From assembly GCA_034520665.1 (NCBI GenBank), contig JAXHNJ010000002.1:1-60229 (forward strand): a DNA stretch of 60,229 bases, written 5' to 3'. Under the pieces are notes generated by a model. That model did no database searches and had not been told where the DNA came from. It was given only the letters and a program-made list of their open reading frames with translations. The position numbers and the translations under genes are program-made. Positions 10,866 through 22,599 of this stretch are shown piece by piece (within the stretch, counting starts at the first letter, position 1; each line of letters begins with the position of its first letter). This DNA comes from Patescibacteria group bacterium. GTDB lineage: Bacteria > Patescibacteriota > Patescibacteriia > JAXHNJ01.

Positions 10866-11141
10866 AATTAATGCTTGGGTGCGAAGGACAGATAATTCCA
10901 AGTCGATAGAACTTTCCTCGGTCCAAACTTAGTGATATTGCTAGCGCCCACTTTTTAAGAATAAAGAGCAAGCTTGATGCTGGGGAAATGAATGACTTGG
11001 GTTTAACGAATAATGAAAGGGATAAAGAGGTGGAGAGGGTCCACTCTATTTTGGATAATATTAATGGAAAGTTGGGTGGGTCTTTAGATTTTAAATAAAT
11101 TGGTAGAGTTATGCGCTTGGCGAAGATTCAAAGAGGGAAAA

Positions 11142-11504
11142 GTGAAAAATATTTGTTTGGTAGGGTTTATTTGCTTCTTGATAGTAGGATGTGCCCCCGA
11201 TAATTCAGAGACTGAGAATGCACTTCGTGAGGAGTTGCTATCAATGCAGGATAAGTTGCAATATTTAGAGTCTGAAGTGTCTGGTATTAGCGCTTATGTT
11301 TACGTTGATGGGAAAGCCACAAATAAAGGAGTGGAAATATTTAAACCAAATGATAATGGAGTAGCGACCCTAACAACTCTAGAAGGAGATAATTTTCTAG
11401 TTAGACTGGCTGAAATTAACAAATATGCAAATGGATATAAAGTTACTTTTTACATTGGTAATCCAAATTATGCCACCTATTCTGGGAGTGAGGGCTTATG
11501 TTAA
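11142..11504 (+). CDS. putative lipoprotein
   Basis: A GTG start preceded by AGAGGG gives KNICLVGFICFLIVGC, with an L-I-V-G-C lipobox-like motif. The C-terminus may be frameshifted. Confidence 0.4.
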   Translation: MKNICLVGFICFLIVGCAPDNSETENALREELLSMQDKLQYLESEVSGISAYVYVDGKATNKGVEIFKPNDNGVATLTTLEGDNFLVRLAEINKYANGYKVTFYIGNPNYATYSGSEGLC

Positions 11505-12378
11505 TTGGTTAGGAGATGATGGAAATCTAAAGACTTAGAACAGTTCTAGAGCATTAATAAGCAGGTATTACCCGGTGTTTGGAATGCTGTGGATATTATT
11601 TTTCCAGCCCCTGCTAAAGAATCTTGAACTTGGTGAAATAGGCTTCAGCACCTGGATATCTGGAACGGTTGCGTTGCTCCATGATACCAGAGAGTGAAAA
11701 AATTGTTATCAGCGATTATTTTGTGCCATGATTTTTAAACCTAAAGGCCGCAATTCATTAAAATAATGAGAATTTTCATAGGTATGTTGTCTCAACGTAT
11801 CGATAATACTTTGCAGTCGAATGGCTCATTTTTCTGGGAAACAAATAGTAACGGCCTAAACTCTTTACTACGAGTCAATGCCACCCCCAAGCTATCAGCG
11901 ACATGTGGGTTCACGCTACTTTAATAAGCTCAACGGGCGCTTATGAACGCTTTTAGCGGAAAGCTTCTTTTGCGAACAATAACCACTTCTTGGGCGTTGC
12001 GCTTGAAAGCAATGATATGAGTATTTGCGTCTGACTGTGATTCAAAGGTTGCGGCTTTCTACCGGAGCCCCAGAGTGCATCTTTTCGCCAATAAGAATAC
12101 CCAAGAAACAGGCTTGCTCTGGGCATTAGCGCCGATACTGATCTCTTGTATCTAGTTCAGAGAGTTTTTTAGTGAAAATAAGCTCGGCTGTTGTAGTGTC
12201 CAAAATTGATGATCTGTTTCGTGTTGTCAAATCCCAGCACAACATAGCGCATACGCGTCTTCAGTCGCTCTTGCGTGAGAGTTTTCGGTTTTTTCAGCAG
12301 AGGTATCATATATTAAGTTTCTTGCATGAGACGCTCACCGATGAGAAAAGGGTAGGGCTGCCAGTAGGCAGTGGGGTG

Positions 12379-13041
12379 TCAGGTAACGATATTTTCTGCT
12401 GAGCGAATCATTTTTACTGCCAACCAAAGCGCAGGGGTTAATAAAGTGACATAAACGATTTTAAACAACATGATTAGCAAGGTATTGCCTGTGGTAAATG
12501 CTGCGTTCGCATGGTGCATAGTATGCAGCAAAAACATTAGTAGTGTATCAACCATCACAGCAATGCTCATCGCAAAAAACACCCGCAGTAAAAAAACTTA
12601 CCGCGGGTAACTAGGCACAGTAACGCCAATAGCTTGGCATTACAACTCTCGGAAACCAAATAGGCAATGCTAGAGACTAACAATAAATAAGCAAGGCCTT
12701 GTTGTAAGCTGATATATCTATCACTCACAGGTGATAACGGTAAATAGGCATCTAACACCACTAGTGCGGCGACTAAAAATGTACAGAGTGTTACAGTATA
12801 AATCACCTGTTTGGCCGCTTTGTAGCCATATATCTCAGTAATCAATGCGACCAGGATAAAAGTCCAGGGAAAGATTGCCATACCCAATGTGACCTGTAAA
12901 CCCATAAGTGAGATATAGCGTTGTCCTAAAAGGCAGGCTGCGATTTGTACCACAAATACCAATACTGCTAGGGTACAAGATAGCGAAAATGAAAATCACG
13001 AAAAGCAAGTTGGCGACTTAGTTTGTGTGTGTGCTGTTGCA
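12379..13041 (-). pseudogene. YhhQ/DUF165 (VUT family, queuosine-precursor transporter-like) membrane protein, fragmented
   Basis: FPWTFILVALITEIYGYKAAKQVIY resembles the conserved D/E-x-YG motif region. The gene is split over ORFs 12567..12962 and 12379..12582, and the upstream part is broken. Confidence 0.45.
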
Positions 13042-13258
13042 TAGCATTCCATAACGGTATGGCAGTAACACGATGTTAACTAAGATGTGGGTTTATGGCA
13101 AGCCTGTGATGCTAGCTAATCAAAAACATAAAATAATTATTCAAAAATGGATAATTTTGATATATACTGCTTTGCAACAGTGCATGTTGGTTGTTGCTTA
13201 GCTTAAAAACTAATTAGTTGTATTCAGGCACTTACTTTTATTTCAAATAGGAGAAGAT

Positions 13259-13534
13259 ATGAATACGACAACGGAAATCACCATTGATGCACTTATCAAT
13301 CAATGGCAGCAATCTAAAAAGCAAGCCATGTCAGCTAAATCAGAGCAGCTTGCTATCGAAAAAGCCATTTGGCGACAACTCAAGCATTCGCATATTGGTG
13401 TGTTTGAGCAAATGGAAGGCAAGCTTGCAGAGTTCATGCAAGACGATGCAGCCGATAAAGAGGTTCCATTAAGCCTACTTCTCAGTAGCAATTTCAATGA
13501 GCGGGGAGGGCCTAGCCATGCAGAACCTGCTTAA
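13259..13534 (+). CDS. phage hypothetical protein
   Basis: Intact ORF with AGGAGA RBS-like sequence upstream. It overlaps the start of the AAA_24 gene. Confidence 0.4.
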   Translation: MNTTTEITIDALINQWQQSKKQAMSAKSEQLAIEKAIWRQLKHSHIGVFEQMEGKLAEFMQDDAADKEVPLSLLLSSNFNERGGPSHAEPA

Positions 13535-14252
13535 TTCTATTATCAGTGAAAAAGCGCTCCACCCCCTACGTGTTGTTGTTTATGGCGTAGAGGGGGTGGG
13601 TAAGACTGCTTTTCGTGCGGCAGCGCCTAAGCCAGTATTTATTACCACCGAAGATGGAGCGGCACACCTTGGCGTTTCTCGCTTCCCAATGGCAGATTCC
13701 TGGAATGCTGTATTGCAGGCTGTAGAAGCCTTGCTAAGCTCTGAACATGATTATCAAACCTTAGTGATTGATAGCGCAGACTGGGCAGAACGTTTAGCAC
13801 AAGCAGCTGTATGCCAAGAAAACCATCACAGCAGTATTGAGGGGATGGGTTATGGGCGTGGCTATACTTTCGTTGCTGAAAAGTTTTCTCAATTGTTACA
13901 AGGGCTGAGCAGGCTTGGCAGTCAAAAAAAGATGCATTGCATTTTTACCGCGCATACACAGATACGTACTTTTAATGACCCCTTGTCTGAAAGCTATGAC
14001 ATGTACCAGCTCAAGCTGCAAAAGCAAGTAGCGGGACTGTTAAAAGAATGGTGTGACTGTTTATTATTCGCCAACTTTAAGACGCTTGTGCGTGATTCTG
14101 ATGGTCGCAAGCAGTGCGTTTCTTATGGCGAGCGACTATTGCATACGGAGCATCGCAGTGGCTTTGATGCAAAGAATCGATTTGACCTTCCAGAGACATT
14201 ACCTTTAGATTTTAAAGCGTTATATCAACCCTATCAAACATATTTTAGTTAA
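13497..14252 (+). CDS. Sak4-like AAA_24 family ATPase (phage ssDNA-annealing / RecA-like NTPase)
   Basis: The Walker A is RVVVYGVEGVGKT. LVIDSADW and FTAH follow the family layout. It is the only long unbroken ORF in the left half. Confidence 0.75.
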   Translation: MSGEGLAMQNLLNSIISEKALHPLRVVVYGVEGVGKTAFRAAAPKPVFITTEDGAAHLGVSRFPMADSWNAVLQAVEALLSSEHDYQTLVIDSADWAERLAQAAVCQENHHSSIEGMGYGRGYTFVAEKFSQLLQGLSRLGSQKKMHCIFTAHTQIRTFNDPLSESYDMYQLKLQKQVAGLLKEWCDCLLFANFKTLVRDSDGRKQCVSYGERLLHTEHRSGFDAKNRFDLPETLPLDFKALYQPYQTYFS

Positions 14253-14262
14253 GGAGAAGACC

Positions 14263-14710
14263 ATGCAAACACATTCAGCATTTGATTACGGTATTAACCT
14301 GAAAGATATTACTACTGAAAAACCAATTCTACCTGCGGGAAGTATGAAGTGAAAGTTTGTGACTATCAGGCTCGAAACAATAAGGCTAGAACAGGACATT
14401 TCTGCGTATATCTTTTGAAGTCAGCAAAGGTGAATATATGGGGGTGAAGCTCTTTGAAAACTTCAATGTAGAGCATCCAAATAAGCAAACCGTAGAAATT
14501 GCATTTAAGTGGCTTAAAACCTTATGTTTAGCCTGCGGTCTGCCTGATGAAGGCGTTGTCAATGAATCGCTTATTCAAGCGCTAATAGGCAAGCACTGTT
14601 TGGTGACTGTTGTTACGGAAGAAAACGACTACGGAAAAATGAATCGTGTTCGTTATTACGAAAAACTTGGTGTATTAGCGAATACACCCCCATATGGCCC
14701 ATCATTCTAG
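14263..14710 (+). pseudogene. DUF669-family phage protein, frameshifted
   Basis: AAGGAG RBS then ATG at 14263. ILPAG.YEVKV.., GEYMGVKLFENFNVEHPNKQTVEIA and the position after AAA_24 are typical of the family. Confidence 0.6.
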
Positions 14711-14827
14711 ATAATCACACAAGCCTTCAAAACTCAAGTCAAGCCAAAGCAAAATTTAAATCCAGGAGCAAGGGGTCTTTTCTCAAGGCCCTTTGTTAAT
14801 ACATGTTTTGTTTTTTAAAAAGGAGGT

Positions 14828-15650
14828 TTGATTGTGCAAACTACAGCCTTGGGCTTTACTTTACCTATTTATAGTTATGATTATTTAGAAGAAACATCGC
14901 CTATGCTTCCCGAGCCATTTTGGCGTGAACGTATATTAGCGCAAGGGTACAGGGTGCTGATTGCAGGCCACCCTAAGGTAGGCAAAAGCGAATTCTTCCT
15001 TGAGATGGCTGTGAGGGCTGCCTGCGGGGTGTTTTTTTAGGATATCAGTTTACACGGCCATTAAAAGTTTTGTACTTGCAGTCTGAAATCCATAATGCGT
15101 ATCTACGAGAGCGAGTGCGCACCTTCACCAAAAGTGTAAGTTTAGAAGAAAGACAGCTGGTAGGAAAAAATTTGCATGTCTCATCTCGACTAGCTGTTGA
15201 TTTAATGGGCAGCCATGACAAACAAAGTGTCGAAGAAGTAATTAACGCACTGAGCCAGATATCATCGGTATTGACCCTGTTATTTCTTTTGCGCAGCTGG
15301 AGGAAAACAGTAGTTCTGACGCTTCGAAGCTTCTTTATGATTGCATAGTATCGCTACAGCATTGTATTAAGCCAAATCCAGCTATTGTCCTGGTGCATCA
15401 TCTGCGTAAAGGCAGTCGAGAAAAGGAAGAAGAGAACTTTCAAAGTATTCGGGGAAGTAGTGCGTGGCAAGGTTGGTACGATACTGGCATCTTGCTTTCA
15501 GGTAAACCACAGGCTATACAGCTGCAATTTGATTTGCGTAATGGGCAAACACCTCCGAAAGGGAATATCTTTTTAGATCGCAAATTGGTGCTTGGCAGAG
15601 CTGTCAGAATAAACCGGATGAGAGGGTTACTTGGATCATCGAAGTTATAA
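14828..15650 (+). pseudogene. AAA_25 / RepA-DnaB-like replicative helicase-type ATPase, fragmented
   Basis: The Walker A is LIAGHPKVGKSEF. LVHHLRKGSRE...IRGSSAWQGWYDTGILL lies in a second frame. Confidence 0.65.
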
Positions 15651-15847
15651 AACAATACCCTGATGGCATTGCTTCGAACTGTCTTAAGCAAAAGATTATG
15701 GAAACGTTGAAGGTGTGCAGAAGTTCTGCATTTGGTTTGCTTTCATCGCTGAAAAATCATCCAGATATAGTCATCAAAAACTCTGGAAAGAATGTTTTTT
15801 ATCGTCACGAAACGAGGGAGAGTAATTGTGATCAATCTTAAATTATT

Positions 15848-16043
15848 AGTCCAGATATGGTTTTGGACTTATTGGCAAAAATCATGGGTCCAATCAGGGT
15901 TTTGGACCAAAAAACAGAAGGAGCTTGTTTGAAAACAAATAGTTACAAAAATTGTATTAAGTCCAAATATTTTGGTCTAAAAAATTTTACTTGGACCAAT
16001 ATATTTTTCTTTAAATCAACAAGCTGCACAAGTCCACTAGTCC
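15848..16043. repeat. cluster of about 9 TTGGAC(C/T) / (A/G)GTCCA motifs in both orientations (putative phage origin iterons)
   Basis: Copies read at 15848, 15863, 15887, 15902, 15961, 15972, 15991, 16031 and 16039. A CTCCC-TAC-GGGAG hairpin follows at 16046-16058. Confidence 0.5.
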
Positions 16044-16827
16044 GTCTCCCTACGGGAGAGCGTGCCGCAAAGGCTTCCGCTCTTCCCGTCAGAGGATAGC
16101 GAGTATGTTTGTCGGGGGTGCTGCATGAGTATTTTACTCAAATTTATTGACACGGTTAAGTCTCAGCGGGGTAACGCATGGGAGTTTTCGGATGGCAACG
16201 CTTTGCCAGGAATCACCGCACAAGACGTTGCGGCAGCCCTACGAGGGCTGCCCGCCAGCAAGCTGGTGTTTGGCACAGTGGTACGGTACCGGGGGGACTG
16301 AGCTATGCTCTGGCCAACCTCCGCCAAACTGTTTTATTGCCAGTATGTCCAAAAAATTGGCAGATCTACTGAAAAGTGGCGATGCCGGGAAAGATACAAA
16401 AGCTCCTTGCAAGATTAACGCTTGCAGTTATCCAGGAAGGGCTGCAGACCTCCGATATGCAAATCATTGCCAGGGTACAGGTGTGCGTCCTGGCCAACCT
16501 TGTGAGAATCTTGTCATGGTACTGGGCAAGGCAGAGTGCCACGCGTTTTGCTAGCCAAGCGTTGTGGCGTTTCACATAAGGATCCACGGGCACGTTACGT
16601 GGGAACCAAAATACCAAGCCGCCATGATTTTATTGTTTCGTTATGAACATCTCTTGGAAAAACAATTGAAGAAGAGAACTTATTTGGCAAGATATGTGAT
16701 AACGCAAAACGAGGAAATGAGAATAAAAAATAATTCACACGAAATAAATCAAAATTACTTTAGCAAAACGCTTGACGCAAGTCGGATGTTTCAGGTATCA
16801 TAATCGCATAGTCAAAAGCTATGTCAC

Positions 16828-16851
16828 AACCCCTCTCTTGAGGGGTTTTTT
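16828..16851 (+). terminator. intrinsic terminator
   Basis: CCCCTC-TCTT-GAGGGG stem-loop followed by TTTTT, upstream of the lysis-region ORFs. Confidence 0.65.
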
Positions 16852-17236
16852 ACTTCTCATGAAAATTTCAGAACACCAAAAGATCGAATGGTCGGTTAAA
16901 ATCATTCGTAAACCCGTTGATGATTATTGAGCTAGACGCAGTCTCCTCGATGAGGCATATGCCGATCTGAATATTTGCGATCATTCAACAGGCAGTCTAC
17001 GACTTGAATTTGTCACCAACACGAATCTGCAAATCAGAAACTAATTGAGGATGCCAGAAGATTTTTCTCTTCTGACAGTTTTGAGCAATATGCAAGAGAT
17101 GATTGGACTGGAATGGAGAGTCCTGTGTGTGAGCTGCTTTTAAAAGCAAAGTTTCTGGACAAGAAAAGTTTACATAAAGCAGCCTGATGGAAAAACTGCC
17201 TCAACCGCAAACTGTGCGTGAAATCGCATTGATTTT

Positions 17237-17488
17237 TTGTTCGTCTTGTCGGCGATCATTATCACAAGCCTTGCAGGTTACCTTAAACGCCACGGGCACA
17301 AACCAGGATGGCATTGGTTGCATTTTCTGCAGGACTTACTGATAAGTGTCACCGTTGGTTTTATGGGATATTTCCTGATGATGGGCGCCACAGGCAATGA
17401 ATGGTTGGCGGTGGGTGCTGCAAGTTACCTTGGGCATGTGGGGCCGATGGGGTTGGATTTGATAAAAAATAAAATTAAAGATTTATGA
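17237..17488 (+). CDS. small multi-TM protein, holin-like by position
   Basis: 83 aa with 2-3 hydrophobic segments. It lies between the terminator and the terminase region. No family match could be verified. Confidence 0.35.
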   Translation: MFVLSAIIITSLAGYLKRHGHKPGWHWLHFLQDLLISVTVGFMGYFLMMGATGNEWLAVGAASYLGHVGPMGLDLIKNKIKDL

Positions 17489-18479
17489 ATCTCTTCAGCT
17501 ATAATAACAGCCAATTAGTTTTTTAAGGGGAACACTATGATGAGATATTTTTAAAATAGAGCCAATAGAAAATTTTGATATCAACTTGACAACCGATCTT
17601 AAAGTTATGCCAGGAATGTATATCATAATGGCAAAAAATGAAGAAGAGGCTAGGCGCATATACGGCAAATATATAGACACGGTTTCTTTCGATAAAGGAG
17701 ATAACACAAGAGGGTGGCAAGACTAGATACTCTGGACTCTGGAAAAATTTAAACCATTTTCCTTGTAAGGTAGCTTTCAAAAGAGGATGCAAAGAAGGGC
17801 AAGCGTGTTCCCTGGGAATCCTGATGAAGTAAGTTTTTCCCCAAGGTTGGCGAGCAATATAAGCGGTAACAAACAGCGAGTTGAAGAATAAAAAACATAG
17901 CCAATTTTTAGCGGGTCCTTCCCAGCCCTCTAAACTTCTACGGGTATAAGCACCGCGGGGTTTGCAGTGTTTTTTAGTTTGAAAAAGGGATGCCCTTCTG
18001 CCTTTCTTCTTATAAATGTATTCAGATGATGCATACAGTTTAACAGAGCAGAGTTTTGCCACGATAATAGGCAAAAGTGCACGGGTTGTGGGTCGCTCAC
18101 ATTTGAAGAAGGTATGCCCAGTTGAGAAGAAGGGCGTTAGAAAAAGGCGACTGATGGCAAGGGGCAGTCTTATTCATCGACACCGTTAAAGCTATTGATT
18201 GGTTAATGGCACGCGATCTTAAAAAACCAAACAGGCAGATCGCAGGATGACCGAAATCACCAGCCGACCACCACGAAAGAGGGTGAAGAAATACCAGACT
18301 GCTGAAAGCGAAAGCCGATAAGCAAGAGGTTGATAATGCCGAGCGTGCAAAAGAACTACCATTCACATTGAAGATTTTGATTGTATTAATGGTGAAATGG
18401 CTCAAATCTATTGTTCACAGCTTGATGCGCTTGCTTCCAGGCTTTGCTCGCACTTTCACGAACCAGCCACAGCGAGGCA

Positions 18480-20407
18480 GCACATTTTAACTGAATGCCG
18501 AGCGTATAAGAAAATCAAACAGCGGATGCACTCTTGGACTATACCGACACGCTTAATCGAGAAGCGTGAAAGGCTTCGGCGCAACAGATTCATGCGAGCC
18601 TACCCAGAACGCCACATGAGTGGGCAGACGCGCACCGGATTTATCTTGAAAGGAATCGCGCGGGAACCTGGCCCTTGGCAAAGTTTGCGTAATCACGATT
18701 ACGTGAAACGCCATCCAGTCAGCTTTTGCAAACCCAAAATACAAACGTATTGTGTTTGTTGTCATGGGTACGCGAATGGGTAAATTCGGCTGCCACGCAA
18801 AACATTATTGGTTGGCGATTGGATGACGACCCTGCACCCGTTGATTTATACTGGACCTACACAAAGTAATATTGATACGGTGGTTGAGCCAAAAATTATG
18901 GCGATGTTCAAAGAATGCGATTTCACTCTGGAATAAGCTGTTAAAAGGCCAACAGTGTACAAAACATTCACAAAGTGGTGAGCTGGTGCAGTGATTGCGA
19001 TTAGCGTGGGCCGGAAGTGCCTCTGAAGTCGCGTCAGACTCAGCTGCTGTTATTACGCTTCTCTGATTGAGCTTGATCGCGTTAAAATCGAATGCCGAGC
19101 GGTGAGGGCGATGTGGTCGAGCTGGCGGAGGCGCGAGGTGATGCTTTTATCCTGACAGTAAGCTGGGTGTTACCAGTACGCCAACAGTCGGTAAGGTTAC
19201 CACAGAGGTTCACAATATAACAAAAATGCAACATTGGGCCGTATCGGCAATATTGCTTCGCCATCTTTGGCGCTTATGGCAAAGTGGTTCTCGTCACAAT
19301 GAATGGGCTGTTACCACGCCCAGAATGTGAAATTTTCTTTATCCCACGTAGTGAGCATCTAAATTTCCCAAGTGATGCTTTGCCAGATATAGCAAGACTT
19401 GAGGCTAAGCTTGCTTGTCCAGATTGTGGAAGCTTACTTAGGAGACAGCATCGCATTCCTCTGAATGCGAAGGGAGTCTGTACTGCTCCAGGGCAATATG
19501 TAAACAGGGAAGCGGGGAAATGAGTTGGCACTGCTGATACAGACAACAGTGATACAGCATCTTTTTGGGTGTCGGGGCTTTTGTTCTTTCAGTGCCAAGA
19601 GAAGCTACGGATTTACTGCACAAAAATTGCAACAAGCCAAATTAGACAATGACTCCCAATCAGCTGATGAGCGTCTTACAATACAGCCCTTGGTGAAGTT
19701 TTTGAGCAAACAGGTGATGCACCCAGTTGGCAGGCTGTTCATGATTGCCGTAGTGATTATAAGCAGGGCGAGTTACCTAAAGCTACACATGTTTGTATCG
19801 TTGACCGTTGATGTGCAAGAAAATCGCTCTCGTTTATGCTATAAGAGGCTGGGGAAAGAGTTCAATTCTTGGCTTGTTGATCATGGAGAGCTGTGGGGTG
19901 AGACGGACAAGCCAGATGTTTGGTCTGATTTAGACCAGCTTTTTACATAAACCTATCAGAAACAATTTAATTCAATATGCAGCGATAGACTCAGGGTATG
20001 GCACTGGGCAGGCGTATGCGTTTTGTAGTCGCTATCCGCAAACTGAGTGTTTGCCGACTAAAAGGTACATCAAAAGCTTGAGAAGCCCTTTTAAGGCTAA
20101 ACAAACTGGAAGTTAATAAACAAGGCAAGATAAGGCGTAATCGCTTGCAGCTTTGGCATATGGATGCCAGTTTAGCTAAGTCGATGGGTTACGTGGTCGT
20201 ATAGATTGGCCAGATACGAACGCAGGGAGATGGTGTTTGCCATGTGATATTACAGAGGATTATTGCAAACAAATTGTCGCGGAAAGCCGTATTACCGAGA
20301 ATCATCAAACCAAATGGGTTAAAACAGCCAAAGACAACCACTACCTAGATTGTGAAGCAATGCAGTACATGTCGTCGAAGATTAAAAACATTTGCAGTTT
20401 ATGCTAA
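18480..20407 (+). pseudogene. phage terminase large subunit, GpA family, heavily fragmented
   Basis: Fragments are ACPDCGS (zinc-ribbon-like), NTALGEVFEQTGD..W, ..VDVQENR, IDSGYGTGQAY.FC and NHYLDCEAMQYM, in lambda gpA order across several frames. The 5' limit is approximate. Confidence 0.7.
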
Positions 20408-21228
20408 TCCGGCTCGAAAAACCTAAACGTAAAAGGGAGGCTGTACAACGCATTATCATGAAGAAATTTATTAAGCAGTATCACAAAAAGACAACCCTTC
20501 GCCTCTTCCTTGGGTCGATTGTTTCCAAGACCATGCCTACTCAGGCAAGTTTTCCCAGAAACTTTAATGTTATTGTGCTGCAGTGGTACACGTTCGCGGA
20601 AAATATGGTAACGAAGAGCCTAGAAAAAAGTGCCAAAATTGCACCTTTCGTAAGTCAAATTGAAGGCCTGGGATTACCATTGTATAGATTTACGACAACA
20701 GCACTAAAGCGTGTGGCTGAGAAGCAAATGGATAGCTATGTTGCGTTTGCTAAAGCTAGAAAGACTGGCAAGGTTTTCGACGATTTATTAAAGCAAAAGT
20801 CGGAAGTCAGAGAATGAAACACCAGCCAGCAGGGAAAAGCTTAAGCTGGCAAAGCCGATGGTATTTGTCTACTGTGCTAGAAGATACAATAAAAATTAAA
20901 ACTCTTGAAAAAATTGTCAAGCCATTCTCGACAAGGCTCTAGGCTTATCTAAAGCATGGGCAAAACCGGGGAGCACTTGCCAAGCATAGACTGAAAGACA
21001 GGGCTTGCAACTCAGATTATGTCAGCAAAAATTCGCGCGCAAAAGTAGCTAAATACTACCAGAGAGCATGTTGAGTTTTTCAACAAGCATCCTGAGAGGT
21101 TACTGCAGGCTCTATTTGGCAAGCGATAGAAGACTTTTGTCTAACGACTTTGCTGTGTTTTCTATCGACACGATCAGAGGCAAAAGCAACAGTATATTGA
21201 GGAGGCGAAAACCGAGGTAACGAATGTG

Positions 21229-21450
21229 ATGAAAATTAAAAAAATAATGTACACGAAACGCGATTTAATAGCTGTCAAGCGCGCTATTCTCGATTGAGCA
21301 AAAGGCAAGCGAGTGGTGGTGGTGCCAATTAACGGCGATAAGCTTACTTACGCTCAGGCTAATATGAATGAACTTTTAAAGCTACAAGACGACATAAAAC
21401 AGTATTTGAATCGCGCTGATAATAAGAGCGAATGGATATTATCTTTTTGA
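21229..21450 (+). pseudogene. gpW-like head-tail joining protein with in-frame TGA at 21295-21297
   Basis: YTKRDLIAVKRAILD*AKGKRVVVVPINGDKLTYAQANMNELLKLQDDIKQYL fits the gpW family pattern. The same frame continues on both sides of the stop. Confidence 0.6.
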
Positions 21451-22131
21451 GCAAGTGACGAAGGTACTTTAATTTGCCCCTTGTTGAAAACAACCAGTCA
21501 GCCAGTCGGGTATTGTTTTTGCTAAGAGCCTAGAAAAGCTAAATTTAACGCTAATTATTGTCGCGGCTAGCATAGGTGCGGGTTTTGATATGTTTCTAGG
21601 TTGTGTTGTTGGAGGGGTTAATTTACTTTGTTATATTTGTGTGTGTTGTTGGCGGCATAAACAAGAAGACCGCCACTTCCGATATTAAAAGTGAGCAAAG
21701 TCCAGCTGTCTATATTCCTGATAAGAAAGAATATCGAAGACACGAATGTTTTAGAGCGAGGAAAGAGTCGAGCGGCTCTTTCAAGCCTTTTCGGTAGGCA
21801 ATGCAAGAAGATATGTCATCTGAGCTAAAAATTGTATTGCTGGGTATTTTAAATATTAATGATTCTCATTTGCCATTTACTGGGTATCATCATCTAGATT
21901 TTTGCTATTAGATAAAGTATTTATGTTTGAGGGGATGGCGTGGGAGATGCAAAAATTGGCCACGAAGATTTGGAAAATGTTTTATGTGAAATAACTGGTT
22001 TGGGAAAGTGCCGGTCTAGACGACTACACTCAACGAAAGAATCAGTGATAATAATGTTTTGTTAGATAGAGATTATCTCCTCTGCGGAAAAGCAACAAAG
22101 GCTGTGGCAAGTATTATGCCAGGCTGGATGT

Positions 22132-22377
22132 ATGAAAAACTCATTAAATCCTGACATCAGAAACAGTTCTCAACCAAATTTAGATGTTATGCTAACTATC
22201 GGGATTTTTGTGTGGGCTGGCGGATTGCATTTATACAATAGAGTGGTTAGAAGAGAGATTGAACACAATGCAGTACTGCTTGAACAACATTATAATAATT
22301 TAGAAAATCACCTCATTCGGCTGATGCAAACAGAAATACCACTACCAGAATCTGGCGAAGAACTAACACGGGCTTGA
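22132..22377 (+). CDS. small membrane protein, unknown function
   Basis: Intact 81-aa ORF with one TM segment, in the AT-richer patch inserted between gpW and portal. Confidence 0.3.
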   Translation: MKNSLNPDIRNSSQPNLDVMLTIGIFVWAGGLHLYNRVVRREIEHNAVLLEQHYNNLENHLIRLMQTEIPLPESGEELTRA

Positions 22378-22599
22378 AAAAGCTTCCATGCATCTGGGAA
22401 AGAAGAGCTACTGCTACGAGCTATCCATTAGTAGTTCTGCATAGAGCAATTCGACAAAAAGAACAGGTAATAATAAATCATAGGGCTGAAAACCATTATT
22501 CACCATGAATAAGTTCTCCCTCAGTGTGCATAGCTAATATTTCTTATTATATTTTCTATACGGAAATAATACTGAAGCTACTACTAACTCGTGTTTTAA

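Noticed and set aside
17535-18074. 179-aa minus-strand ORF as a real gene
   Set aside because: The sequence is compositionally odd (rich in Cys, Phe and Lys with no motifs). It lies antisense to where degraded endolysin, Rz and small-terminase sequences are expected, so it is probably a chance open frame.
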